From Candidatus Latescibacterota bacterium (lineage in GTDB: Bacteria; Latescibacterota; UBA2968), in contig OZ244960.1 in NCBI GenBank assembly GCA_965222605.1, forward strand, positions 2,048,001-2,112,000: DNA of 64,000 bases, written 5' to 3'. This document shows positions 51,483 to 62,269 of this stretch, piece after piece (the first letter of the stretch is position 1; every line of letters begins with the position of its first letter). A program made the position numbers and the translations under genes. The notes beneath the pieces were generated by a model that worked only from the letters and a program-made list of their open reading frames with translations, was not told the DNA's origin and made no database searches.

Positions 51483-53114
51483 ATGAACGGCATTGAATAT
51501 ATCGCTCGCATTTTGAAACAAGAAGGCGTCGAATGGATCTCCTGTTTTCCCAGCAATCCTCTAATTGAGGAGGCGGCCAAAGAAGGCATCCGCCCAATCG
51601 CATTTCGCCATGAACGCGGGGCAGTAATGGCCGCAGACGGCTTTAGCCGCACCAGCAACCGACAGCGATTTGGCGTCGTGGCTATACAATCACAAGCCGG
51701 TGCAGAAAACGCAATGGGTGGAATTGCCCAGGCTTATGCCGACAACATCCCAATTCTGGTCCTTCCCGGCGGCGTAAGACTCAGTCAAATCGCGGTTCGT
51801 CCCAATTTTTCCGCAAGCCACACATATCGCGGGTGGGTCAAACGCGTTGAAGCGATCTATCGACCAGAAGATGTTGGCACCGTGATGCGCCGCGCATTCC
51901 ACGCGCTTCGCAATGGCCCTACAGGTCCCGTAGTGGTCGAAATGACCTCCGATGTCTGTGCAGAGGAAGTACCTGCCGACGCACAAAATTATCACTCGCC
52001 ACAACGCGCACGACAGGTGCCCTCGACCGGAGACATCAAAGATGCCGTCACAGCACTGCTCGCGGCAAAAACCCCCGTACTCTGGGCGGGACGCGGGGTA
52101 TTATTTGCCGGTGCGACAGATGAATTAAAAGAACTGGTCAATCTAACCGGCATACCCGTATTTTGCACCATGCCCGGCAAATCGGCCTTTGACGAACGCC
52201 ATCCCCTGGCTCTCGGCGCTGGTAGCGGCGCAACCACGGGACCTGTACACCACTGGCTCAAAAATTGCGACGTACTGCTCGCGCTCGGATCCAGTTTAAC
52301 CCGCACGCCTTATGCACAGTCCGTCCCACCCGCCAGGGTACTCATCCAAAACACCGATAATCCAGATGATATCAACAAAGACGAAGCCGTAGATATCGGA
52401 TTGATCGGCGATGTCAAACTCACCTTGCAAGCTATTATTGACGAAGTAAAAGCTCAGATTGGCGAACCCAATAATTCTGATCGAGTCGCCGCTGAGATCG
52501 CACATGCCAAAAAAGAATGGCTCGACACATGGACGCCCCTGCTGACCTCCAATGAAGAACCCCTCAATCCCTATCGCGTAATCAACGAAATCAACAACAC
52601 ACTCGACCGCGAAAACAGCATGGTCACGCACGATGCTGGCGCGCCCCGCGACTCAATTGTGCCATTTTATACCGCAACCACGCCCCACAGTTATATCGGC
52701 TGGGGCAAAACAACCCACCTGGGCTTTGGCATCCCGCTGATGATCGGCGCCAAACTGGCCCATCCCGACAAATTCTGTCTCAACATGATGGGAGATGGCG
52801 CCTTCGGCATGTCCGGTCTGGACCTTGAAACATCTGCTCGCGCAGGCATTCCCATTACAACCGTGCTTCTGAACAACGGGGGCATGGCGACATATCCCGG
52901 CGGATTTCCCGTGGCGCGCGAACGCTATGGCGTTTCCTATATGCAGGGCAACTATGCCCAGATTGCCGAAGGCATGGGCGCTGTGGGCATCACCGTTAAA
53001 AAAGCGGGCGAAATGCGCCCCGCATTACAAGAAGCACAGCGATTAAATGCCGATGGCAAAACCGTGTTGATCGATGTGCATACCAGCATGGAGAACAAAC
53101 AATCGCGGTTTTGA
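51483..53114 (+). CDS. Thiamine diphosphate-dependent enzyme (acetolactate synthase-like)
   Basis: RHERGAVMAADG, GDGAFGM..LLNN. Confidence 0.92.
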   Translation: MNGIEYIARILKQEGVEWISCFPSNPLIEEAAKEGIRPIAFRHERGAVMAADGFSRTSNRQRFGVVAIQSQAGAENAMGGIAQAYADNIPILVLPGGVRLSQIAVRPNFSASHTYRGWVKRVEAIYRPEDVGTVMRRAFHALRNGPTGPVVVEMTSDVCAEEVPADAQNYHSPQRARQVPSTGDIKDAVTALLAAKTPVLWAGRGVLFAGATDELKELVNLTGIPVFCTMPGKSAFDERHPLALGAGSGATTGPVHHWLKNCDVLLALGSSLTRTPYAQSVPPARVLIQNTDNPDDINKDEAVDIGLIGDVKLTLQAIIDEVKAQIGEPNNSDRVAAEIAHAKKEWLDTWTPLLTSNEEPLNPYRVINEINNTLDRENSMVTHDAGAPRDSIVPFYTATTPHSYIGWGKTTHLGFGIPLMIGAKLAHPDKFCLNMMGDGAFGMSGLDLETSARAGIPITTVLLNNGGMATYPGGFPVARERYGVSYMQGNYAQIAEGMGAVGITVKKAGEMRPALQEAQRLNADGKTVLIDVHTSMENKQSRF

Positions 53115-53142
53115 TCACTGTCGAAAACATCAGACATAAACC

Positions 53143-53173
53143 AAAAAACCACGCCCAAGGGACGTGGTTTTTT
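53143..53173. terminator. Bidirectional terminator; related copy at 61979-62010
   Basis: aaaaaaccacg-cccaaggga-cgtggtttttt. Confidence 0.75.
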
Positions 53174-53213
53174 AGTTTATAGAAGATGGCGTGGACCTGA
53201 CCTGTTTTGGTCG

Positions 53214-53576
53214 TTACTTGAGTTTTTTACGCAATCTTGTCACATCGTCCAAATCTATCCCTCCATCTTTAACCAGTCGCGCCAGCAGCAGTTCGGCTGA
53301 ACCACCAAACAGTTTTTGAATGATGTATTTCAGTGCTACAGATTGAACCAACTGTTGTTCGATCACAGGACGATACACATTGGCGCGTCCTTGCTTTTCG
53401 TGCGCCACATAGCCTTTGTCTTCCATAATCTGCAACAGTGTGCGAATGGTTGATCCTTCTAATTGGTCGGGCAATTTTGCCTGGATCATCTTGACGGTTG
53501 CCTCTTCCTGTTGCCAGAGTACCTGTATGAGTTCTATTTCACGGGTGGTCAATCCCTCTTGTCGTGGTCTTGCCAT
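53214..53576 (-). CDS. BlaI/MecI/CopY-family repressor
   Basis: REIELIQVLW, TIRTLLQIMEDKG, KLFGGS. Confidence 0.9.
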   Translation of the reverse strand: MARPRQEGLTTREIELIQVLWQQEEATVKMIQAKLPDQLEGSTIRTLLQIMEDKGYVAHEKQGRANVYRPVIEQQLVQSVALKYIIQKLFGGSAELLLARLVKDGGIDLDDVTRLRKKLK

Positions 53577-53630
53577 TATTTGCTCCTTTTTGTTTCGAGC
53601 AAAGGCCGAGACAAAAGTCGAGAAGGTCAT

Positions 53631-56051
53631 TTACTCTATAACCCGAAAATAGACGTATTTCCTATCTGTCTGATCTGTCTGTTGGTCCTTTGCCAATACC
53701 GTCAACTGATAAATCCCCTCAGGCACTTGATTCACGTCGATCTGCAAATATGTAAAGTCATTTTCTCGATTGCCTTCGTAATTGGCTGTCACGGTGCGCG
53801 TCAAATCACCATCTTTTGATCGCTTAATTTTCAAGCCCTCAGCAGCAATGTGATGCACTCGCCCTCCACTCGTATAAACCTTTGTCTCACCCAACATATT
53901 GCTATCGGCAAATACGCTATCGGCAAATGCGCTAATGCCCACCTCACTATCCTCTGATCGATCTATCTGCAAACCTTGAGCCTCTATATAATCTGTTTGA
54001 CCACTCCGCAGATCAATCTCTGTTTTACCCATCGTCTCAATCAAACTTTGAGAGGCAAACAGGGTCGGAGACAGCGTATTTACCTCTGGCTTGCCGATGG
54101 TGTAGGAGATCTCGTACTGCGTGTTGCCAAAAGCGTCGCGCTGGAGATCATACAGTTCCAGATAGACAAAGACCGGTTCAGATGGTGAGAATGTGCGAAC
54201 TGGATTGGGTGCGATGTGCAGATCATCACGGCTTTCTATCAATGCATTGCGCGCTTGAATATCGCTGCAGACCAGCAGATCACTCAGATGAAAAGTCTCC
54301 TGGTTATATACGAAGGGTTTCTCATCGCGTGCCACACCAATGAGACCAGATGTTTGATCCAGCAATTCTACTGAAAAATGATAGCTATCCTGGCGTACAG
54401 ATACCGTGCGTGAGATCAACAGGTGATCGTTGCGATGTCGTATAGCGGCGTTTTGTGCTGGCTTTTGCGGCGGCAAAGAGAGGGTCCTGGATTTGCGATC
54501 GTTATACAGATCATTCCACTGCTGATCAAAGAAGAACACGCCATCCCAAAAACTCACCTTGCCCGTTTCAAGATTTTCTGTTAATCGGTCTTTTGGAATC
54601 ATATAGCTGAGTTCGACGCGCATCCTGTTTTGTTCTTCAAAGGCAGCGATCTGATAAGGGAGTGTATATTTTCTCTCTAAATACGGGTCAACAAAGCGTT
54701 GGGCTGTTTTTCGGAAGATATGATGCGAGGCGTCTGTCAATATACGTGGTACATAGGAAGACGGTCGTTTTTGTGGCACAGGAGCGTTGAAATCGATATC
54801 AAAGGCACTGGTTTCTACTGCAGGGACCAGGCCTGGGGTCTCGACCATAGAACCGCCGCAAAAATTCCAGATATCATCCCTGGTGCCACAAAATTTGAAC
54901 TGAAAGTTTTCGTAATACCAGAACTCCATCATTGCAGCAGTCAAAACCTCTTTAGAATCCCATGTCGCTTTATAGATTGACATGCGACGTCTATATCTTC
55001 CGAATTTGATATAGGTCTTCCCCATGTCTGTCTGCCAACCCTCAACATTATCTGAAAATCGCCTGAATCGCAAATTTGCATAAGCCATACGACCAAAGTG
55101 TGCCATCTTTCTTTCGTTGAAATCAGACAAATAGAGCGGGTCCTGACTCTTCCAAAACATCTCGCGTTCCAATAGCTCATCAATCGTTTGAGTCGTATCG
55201 CGGGATGCATGATCTTCCTGGGACACAAGCAGGTCGATAGAATCCAGCAACTCGCGCTCTTCAATACTCATCAAGTCAAGAGCGCGTTGATAGTATTCAT
55301 GCGACTTATTGAATTCGCCAATCTGATAAGCAGCAAGTCCACAGAACAAGAGCGCATTTTTGTCGTCTGGATATTGCGCGCGCAGGGCTTGCATCAGGGC
55401 ATGGAAGGCATCCCAGTATTTATCTTCAAAGTAGAGGATGCCCAACAAATAATAAGGTTGCTGATTGGTCTCATCCAATTGGATGCTTTTTCGCAGGACC
55501 TGAATTGCCTCTTGTTTGGCTTCCTGGGCAAATATCTTGAAATCTATGGATTTTCTCGATCTTGTGATTTTTGAATAATGTATAGTTCTTCTATCTTTCT
55601 GTGCCAAGAAATCATACACCCAGAACATACCCAGACCATTGAGAACATCCGTATTTTGCGGATGTTTTTCGATCACGTCCTTGAATTGGTTCAAGGCCCG
55701 TGACCGAAAGCCTTGATGCCACAAAATCTTTCCGCGTGTCAGCCGATACTCAATATTGTCGGGGCCAATTGCGATTGCCTGCTGTATCATTCTCATTGCG
55801 CGCTGTCGGCCATTTACGCTGTAGTCCAACAAATGCAGTTTGGCCAATTCGTTGTATGCAGGTGCATAATCTCTATCATTGGAAACAATTTCCTCGAATG
55901 CCACGATGCTTTCCGCACGACTCACCTGATCAACTCGCTCTACTGCCGCCTGAAATAGCGTGTCTATTGTGGTTTCGCCTCTGGCCAAGCCAGTGCCAAA
56001 TATGCAAATCAGCAGTATAAAACCTGTATAAATCGCTGATCCTGCTTTCAT
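53631..56051 (-). CDS. Exported TPR and GWxTD-domain protein
   Basis: Signal peptide, TPR-like helices, FWKSQDP, GWQTDMGKTYIKFG. Confidence 0.85.
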   Translation of the reverse strand: MKAGSAIYTGFILLICIFGTGLARGETTIDTLFQAAVERVDQVSRAESIVAFEEIVSNDRDYAPAYNELAKLHLLDYSVNGRQRAMRMIQQAIAIGPDNIEYRLTRGKILWHQGFRSRALNQFKDVIEKHPQNTDVLNGLGMFWVYDFLAQKDRRTIHYSKITRSRKSIDFKIFAQEAKQEAIQVLRKSIQLDETNQQPYYLLGILYFEDKYWDAFHALMQALRAQYPDDKNALLFCGLAAYQIGEFNKSHEYYQRALDLMSIEERELLDSIDLLVSQEDHASRDTTQTIDELLEREMFWKSQDPLYLSDFNERKMAHFGRMAYANLRFRRFSDNVEGWQTDMGKTYIKFGRYRRRMSIYKATWDSKEVLTAAMMEFWYYENFQFKFCGTRDDIWNFCGGSMVETPGLVPAVETSAFDIDFNAPVPQKRPSSYVPRILTDASHHIFRKTAQRFVDPYLERKYTLPYQIAAFEEQNRMRVELSYMIPKDRLTENLETGKVSFWDGVFFFDQQWNDLYNDRKSRTLSLPPQKPAQNAAIRHRNDHLLISRTVSVRQDSYHFSVELLDQTSGLIGVARDEKPFVYNQETFHLSDLLVCSDIQARNALIESRDDLHIAPNPVRTFSPSEPVFVYLELYDLQRDAFGNTQYEISYTIGKPEVNTLSPTLFASQSLIETMGKTEIDLRSGQTDYIEAQGLQIDRSEDSEVGISAFADSVFADSNMLGETKVYTSGGRVHHIAAEGLKIKRSKDGDLTRTVTANYEGNRENDFTYLQIDVNQVPEGIYQLTVLAKDQQTDQTDRKYVYFRVIE

Positions 56052-56112
56052 GTTTCCCTCCGTATCTATTGCGAAACCCGAAAAAAAGAATATGAAGCTC
56101 CCTGCCCCTATT

Positions 56113-57321
56113 TTACTCCATCCGCAAGGCATCCACTGGATTCGTCCGGGCGGCTTTGAGGGCTTGATACGTCATGGTTGCGAGTGCGAGCAAGAGCGCG
56201 AGAACACCGCCTATAAGAAAATACATAACGTGCAGATCGATGCGATAGGCAAAGTCCTGCAACCATCTGCCTGCAAACAGATAGGCTATGGGACAGGCGA
56301 TCACACAGGCGATTATTACGAGCTTGACAAATTCTCTGGCTAATAAATTGAAAATACTGAACACCGATGCGCCCAGGACTTTCCGAATGCCAATTTCTTT
56401 TGTTTTTTGTTCTGCGCGAAACGAAATCAGGCCCAATAGCCCCAGGCAGGCTACGAAGATTGTCAGTCCAGAAAATACTGTTAGTGCATTCCCCATGCGG
56501 ATTTCATTTTCATAACGCACGCGTGTCAAATCATCATTCAAAAACCAGAAAGTAAATGGAATTTGAGGCAAAAACTCATGCCATGTTTTCTCTATAAATG
56601 CGAGGGTTTCCGGTATGTTCTGTGTGCCCAATTTGAGATAGAGATGTTTGGCTCCTCCCGTAAAAACTCTGAATACAACGGGTCGAATGGCATTGTGCAG
56701 TGTTTGAACGTGAAAATCTTTCACCACGCCTATCACATATCCCTCAGGCCCATCTTTTTCCTTAAAACGCTTGCCAATTGGATCGTCCCATCCGAGATGC
56801 CTTACGGCTGTTTCATTTAAGATGAGAGGTCGGCCTTTTTCTCGATATGCTTGCACTTTTTTTTCATATTCTTGCCACTCCTCAAAACTTTTTATTTTTT
56901 CTGGTAGCTTTGGTGGTTCTGGTGCCAGACGGCCTGCTGCCAGTTCGATGTTGAAGAAGTCCAGAAAATCGCGGTCAATATCGAAAAGACCCATCTGCCA
57001 ATCGGCATCACTGCCTTCGGCCCGAAACGTATCGGTCGTATGAGATCCACCTTGAGGGAAACGCGTAGCTGTTGCTTTCAAAATATTTGGGTGCGCCATG
57101 AACGTCTGTTTTACTGTGGGAATGCGCCGTCTCAGATCTTCTGAGCTACCGTGATGCAGTTGCCGAGAATAGATGAAAATCGGTATGCCGACTATGAGTT
57201 CTTTGTCAAATCCGAGGTCTTTATTTTGGATATATGCCAGTTGCTCTTGTACGACAACAGTACCTGTGATGAAAGCAATCGAAATTGCAAATTGGAAAAC
57301 CACCAGTGCCTTTCGCAGCCA
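56113..57321 (-). pseudogene. MacB/FtsX permease, C-terminal half only
   Basis: Begins at WLRKALVVFQFAIS (mid-protein in the paralogs) and ends NPVDALRME. Confidence 0.85.
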
Positions 57322-59068
57322 GTAATTCAAAAGAAAAATCACTCAGAAACACACAGGCGTATTCCAGCACCCGCTGTTGTACAGCAGGCAGGGTAGCTAC
57401 GCGCCTGTACAAAACCTCTGAAAAATCATCGGACAACAAAGTTTCGAGAAATTCTCCCCACTGCCAATTGCCGGACACATTCTGCCTAACCACATCGGCA
57501 TTTACCAGTGTCCTCACGGCCTCCACGACAAACAAGGGTTGTCCACCCGTTTCTCTGAACAGGGTTTGCAATGCATCTAACGGTATGGACCGCTCCCCCA
57601 ACATCGACGCCGCTAAATACCCCATCTCTTCACGTGATAGATTCTTCAACTGAATATGAGTCGCCCCAGCTAATTCATTGTTGTGTATAAAATTTTCAAT
57701 TTCCTCTGCAAGAGGTTCCAGGTTAGACCATCGGCAAGTCAAGCATAACAAAAACGGGCACGGTTCTGGATCGCGCAACACATACTGCAAAAATTCCAAT
57801 GTCAATTCATCAAGCCATTGAATATCTTCCAAACACAACACAATGGGTTGTTTCTGCCTCAGACGCTTTAACACCTGTAACCACTGCTCCATAACAGAAA
57901 ACTTATCCGTCTCTACTGGATCCGGCATCCACCCCATCAAATCCGCCATCCCATGAAAAGCATCAATCAACGCACCGTATATTTGTCCACCCTCTTCCCG
58001 TCCTGCACTTTTCAAAGATAGAAAATCATAGACCCGAGCATCGCCCAATAGTTCTTCAACCAATCTCGATTTACCCACCCCCGCCTCACCAGAGATCAGA
58101 ACCACGCGTTGCTCACCAACCAGTACATCCTTTAACAGCGCGCGCAACGTCTTCATTTCGGATTCGCGCCCGACAAATTGTGGCCGCATGACTTTCATGG
58201 GCACACCGCTCTGCTCGTCATCCGGTAGCACAAACCCCGATGGTAAGGCACGCGCCACCTCCTCTGCCGACTGATAACGATCAACAGGCTCCTTTGCCAG
58301 CAACTTCAGCACAATTTGTTGCGTCTCTTCGGGAATAGCGGTATTGACTGCTCCCATTGGTGGCGGTGACTCTCGAATATGCTTCAGAATAACGGATATT
58401 GGATTTTGTCCAGAAAAGGGCGGCGCGCCCGTGAGCATCTCGTATAAGACTACACCCAATGCGTACAAATCTGACCGATGATCCACCCAGAGACCCTTAC
58501 CTTGCTCTGGCGACATATATTCTGCCGTACCAATCGCCGCGCCCGACTGCGTAATAGAAGTGCTATGCAGATGTCTGAATTTTGCCAGCCCCAGATCCAG
58601 GATCGTGGTCTCAATCCCCTCTTCTGTTTCCAAAACCATAATATTGGATGGTTTGAGATCGCGATGCACCATCCCCTGCGCGTGGACATAAGCCAACCCC
58701 TCGGCAATTTGTTGCATCAGAGCAAAAAAGTGAGACGCCCGGAATTGTCCTAACAGTACTTGATCGGCAATTATTTTTTCCAATGTCTTTCCGGGTAAAT
58801 ATTCCATTGTAAAATAGGGACGCTCTTCGGCAAATCCCCAGGCATACGTGCGTACCAGGCGCGGGTGCTGGAATCTGTTCAACACTTGAAATTCTCTGTG
58901 AAAACGGCGGCGCACAGCCTGCTCATCCATCATTTTACTCAAAATTTTAAGCGCGCACTCCCGGTCTTGTTCCAGGTCCAAAACCCGATAAACTTCGCCC
59001 ATGCCTCCGGCTCCCAGATGCGCCTGGATTTGATATTTGTTGTCGAGAATTGTGCCGGTTTTAAACAT
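57221..59068 (-). pseudogene. Ser/Thr kinase-AAA ATPase, 3' truncated
   Basis: GAGGMGEVY, HRDLKPSN, DLGLA, GEAGVGKS, LEDIQW; runs out of frame into the permease fragment. Confidence 0.85.
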
Positions 59069-59074
59069 AAAAGC

Positions 59075-59201
59075 AACCACGGATGAACACAGATGAACAC
59101 GGATGAAAAGGCAAAACACTGGATCGCGGGACGGCACGGGAACCGTCCCCTACAACACCATAGCCTGCCCCTGCATGGTTTAAGCAGGGGTCACGATGAC
59201 G
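59075..59201. repeat. 10-bp tandem repeat plus composite REP element
   Basis: (AC[AG]GATGAAC)-like units x3; gggacggcacgggaaccgtcccctac; cccctgc..gcagggg. Confidence 0.7.
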
Positions 59202-59255
59202 AGTGCAACTCGCTAAGATATAATTAGTAATCATTATATTAATATAAACTTAAAT

Positions 59256-60281
59256 TTAACAATTATTATACTTTCTATTATGCGTACGATTCAGGATTTT
59301 TTCAACCTTTTTTTTCACCCGCGGCGCAGTTTGTTCTGTGGTATTTTTCAAGCTAACTAAGAAACGATGAGCATGCTCATCAAACGATAAATGATGATGC
59401 TCGACATGCGCTTCCAACATATCCAGATCGCGCAACACTTCGTCCTGTAGCGCGGGTAGTGGCATCATCCACAAACGCCTCAACAGCGCCTTCAGAATCA
59501 AAATCGGGTCATCTGGATTTTGAGCCAAACGACTGTAAAAAGCCTCTAATGGCAACTCCCAATACAACTTCTGCACAATAAGCCCCAGATATTCCCGATT
59601 CTTTTTGGCAATATCGCTCGCGGGAAAGCGATCAGAAGCCGAACCCCGATCACCCTCATGCATGCGACACCGAAGCGTGGGTTGCTCAATCACACCTATC
59701 TTAAACCCAGCGCGTATCATGCGAATCCACATATCGTAATCTTGCCCGCGAATCAAACGCTCGTCAAAACAGCCAACCCTGTCATAACACATCCGATGGG
59801 CAACCACGGTTGGACTGCACAATTCAAACCGCCCGAACAAATACATCACCATCTCGCCTTTGGGCGGCATCCTCGCATCAAAAGACCGCACGGGCAAATC
59901 ACTTCTCTCCCCCTCTATCGATTCATAGCCCGTATAGACAAATCTCAAATCCGGATCTTCTGCAAACTGCGCCGCGTGCAATTCGAGCTTATTCGGCAGC
60001 GCAATATCATCATCATCCAAAATCCAAACATACTCACCCGTCACATATTTCAGCCCCAGATTCACAGCAGACGCCTTCCCACCATTTGCCTTTTCAACAT
60101 AGCAAATCCGATCCCGAAATCGTCTGATCACCTCTGCCGTATCATCCGTAGAACCATCGTTCACCACAATGAGTTCAGAGCCACGATACGTCTGTTGCAA
60201 AACGCTCTCAATAGCCTCCGCAACATAATTTGCGCGATTATATGTTGGAATAATGACCGAAAATTTGGGATTTTGCGCCAA
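59256..60281 (-). CDS. GT2 glycosyltransferase
   Basis: SVIIPTYN, VNDGSTD, LDDDD, QDYD; TTG start after GAGGTG. Confidence 0.92.
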   Translation of the reverse strand: MAQNPKFSVIIPTYNRANYVAEAIESVLQQTYRGSELIVVNDGSTDDTAEVIRRFRDRICYVEKANGGKASAVNLGLKYVTGEYVWILDDDDIALPNKLELHAAQFAEDPDLRFVYTGYESIEGERSDLPVRSFDARMPPKGEMVMYLFGRFELCSPTVVAHRMCYDRVGCFDERLIRGQDYDMWIRMIRAGFKIGVIEQPTLRCRMHEGDRGSASDRFPASDIAKKNREYLGLIVQKLYWELPLEAFYSRLAQNPDDPILILKALLRRLWMMPLPALQDEVLRDLDMLEAHVEHHHLSFDEHAHRFLVSLKNTTEQTAPRVKKKVEKILNRTHNRKYNNC

Positions 60282-60539
60282 ACTACACCTCTTGGGAAAT
60301 GTGTAAATGCAACCACAGCACAGGCGCAACCTACAACGAAGCGCAGCGAGTATGAACACCGATAAACACAGAGTGAAAGACTAGCATGTAGCGATATGGA
60401 CAGCCTTTTTTGCCATGATACACTATAATAAAAACAAAAGGCCGTAAGTGCTGTTCATTTGCAGCAAAAACTTACGACCTTTGAAGAATGATATGGTGAA
60501 GCCACAAACATGGATAACCCGCTCCCAAAGTTATTAAAC

Positions 60540-60573
60540 GCTATTAATGCTATTAATGCTATTAATGCTATTA
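60540..60573. repeat. 9-bp tandem repeat (GCTATTAAT), left part
   Basis: About 4 units, continuing at 61626-61658 beyond the IS. Confidence 0.9.
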
Positions 60574-61625
60574 ACCTTTGGTGCTAGTAGATAAGAAGTT
60601 GTAAGTCGCCAGAAGTTTACCTATGCTGAATGAGTTAGCACCTCATTCATTCACAGCAGGGAGGTAAACTTCATGACGACTGAAATGCTGATCATTGACC
60701 TGTTCTGTCGGGTAGATGATCAAACGCAAGACCTTGAGAAACATCCTCAAGCCAAGCTCTATCCCAGCGAAGTCATCACGTTGGCCTTGCTTTTTGCGAT
60801 TAAAGGGGTGGGCAATCGCGCCTATTATGATTGGCTGATAAACGATTGGCAGCACCTGTTTCCTAACTTACCTCATCGCACGCGCTTGTTTCGCCTCTTT
60901 TTAAGGCATCAACACGCCACAAGCCGATTTTTAGCCGAAAAGAGCGTGTTGGGCATCATTGATAGCTATGGCATTGAGTTGATTCATCCGATCCGAGAAG
61001 GCAGAAGTCCTGCTCAGATCGGGAAGAAAGGCAAATCGAATTATCGCTGGATTGTCGGTGGCAAGCTCTGTCTGTTGATCAATCAATGGGGTCTCATCGT
61101 GGATTGGGACTGTCAGACAGCTAATGTTCACGATACCACCTTCCACCATCTCATCAAGCAGGTGCAATCAGACATGGTCGTCTTTGCCGATGTCGGCTTT
61201 CAAAAAGCGCAAGACAACCCAGAAAACTTAAAAATCTGTCCGCGTGGCACTTGGAATGAGCGCATGGTGGTTGAAACCATCTTATCTATGATGACGCTCG
61301 TGTGGCATTTTAAGAAAGTCATGCATCGGGTCTGGAGCTATTTTGCAATGCGATTGGCTTTTACCATGGCCGCCTTCAATATCTTGGTACAATGGCAGGG
61401 CTTTAAACCCGATGAAGATGGGTTCATTAACCTTGCCATCGCACACTTCAGAATATAACACTAGTGCATCCTGGCAAAAGAAGCTGGTCATATCAATTTG
61501 ACTTGCGATTGTCATTGCGGCATGGTTTTTAGCCGCAATCCAGAAGGTTTTAAACCGCCACGCGCAGGAGTGACGGTCATCTATATGGCCTATGACTTAC
61601 GCCACGATGTACTAGCACCAAAGGT
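60574..61625 (+). mobile_element. IS982-like insertion sequence
   Basis: Perfect inverted ends ACCTTTGGTGCTAGTA / TACTAGCACCAAAGGT; TATTA on both flanks. Confidence 0.85.
60673..61458 (+). CDS. IS982-like DDE transposase
   Basis: LFCRVDD, SEVIT, IIDS, ANVHD, FADVGF, RMVVET. Confidence 0.85.
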   Translation: MTTEMLIIDLFCRVDDQTQDLEKHPQAKLYPSEVITLALLFAIKGVGNRAYYDWLINDWQHLFPNLPHRTRLFRLFLRHQHATSRFLAEKSVLGIIDSYGIELIHPIREGRSPAQIGKKGKSNYRWIVGGKLCLLINQWGLIVDWDCQTANVHDTTFHHLIKQVQSDMVVFADVGFQKAQDNPENLKICPRGTWNERMVVETILSMMTLVWHFKKVMHRVWSYFAMRLAFTMAAFNILVQWQGFKPDEDGFINLAIAHFRI

Positions 61626-61658
61626 TATTAATGCTATTAATGCTATTAATGCTATTAA
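61626..61658. repeat. 9-bp tandem repeat, right part
   Basis: tattaatgc x3 plus tattaa. Confidence 0.9.
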
Positions 61659-61719
61659 CATGCAAAAAAATTTAAAAAAATCTATGAAAAAACAAATGCT
61701 TATATGCATAATTGTTTTA

Positions 61720-61832
61720 TTATTTTTTTTTAGGCATAATTCCAGATAGAGAGTCTTCCAGGTACCAGCGAGCAGCGTTTTCGTCTCGCGGTCTAACCCG
61801 CGCTTACGTTTGTAAGTACCCGCCTTACCGAT
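61720..61832 (-). pseudogene. Internally deleted remnant of the 3' end of the 62270-63889 gene
   Basis: Matches 62270-62329 and about 62486-62539 with scattered substitutions. Confidence 0.85.
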
Positions 61833-61836
61833 ATAT

Positions 61837-61929
61837 CGAATGCAGGCGGCCTACGACCTGGCTCAGGCCATGCAGAAGGCCGACGAGATTCGAGTTGAGC
61901 GCGTCGTAATCCCTACACCATCCGACTGA
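61837..61929 (+). pseudogene. HigA/VapI antitoxin C-terminal remnant
   Basis: Translates as RMQAAYDLAQAMQKADEIRVERVVIPTPSD*. Confidence 0.7.
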
Positions 61930-61978
61930 TTTATCAGTCCACTCCCGCTCGTAGTCGAAAACATCATAAGTATGGAAC

Positions 61979-62010
61979 AAAAAACCACGCCTGAAGGATG
62001 TGGTTTTTTA
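61979..62010. terminator. Terminator hairpin
   Basis: aaaaaacca..tggtttttt; related to 53143-53173. Confidence 0.65.
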
Positions 62011-62130
62011 TTTTTAGACTGGACCCGTTTTAGTCGATAACAGAATTTGAATCCACCGCCCAAACGATCAGTGCCTGAGTAGAACCTTCACGCATATCCA
62101 CTAAAGCGAGGTAAACGCCACTTAAACGCT

Positions 62131-62177
62131 CTTAATTGCGCTTAATTGCGCTTAATTGCGCTTAATTGCGCTTAATT
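62131..62177. repeat. 10-bp tandem repeat (CTTAATTGCG) x4.7
   Basis: Directly visible. Confidence 0.92.
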
Positions 62178-62269
62178 AACATATAAATTAAATAAAAAAA
62201 CCTATGAAAAAACAAATACTTATAAAATTAATTGTGCATAATTATGCCAAAATTATGCTTTTTGTCCTA

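Noticed and set aside
60435-60510. tRNA or attachment site beside the aaaggccgtaagt..acttacgaccttt hairpin
   Set aside because: No cloverleaf or T-loop consensus and no integrase; only a hairpin can be supported
60540-62177. CRISPR array
   Set aside because: Units are 9-10 bp, contiguous and without spacers; no cas genes
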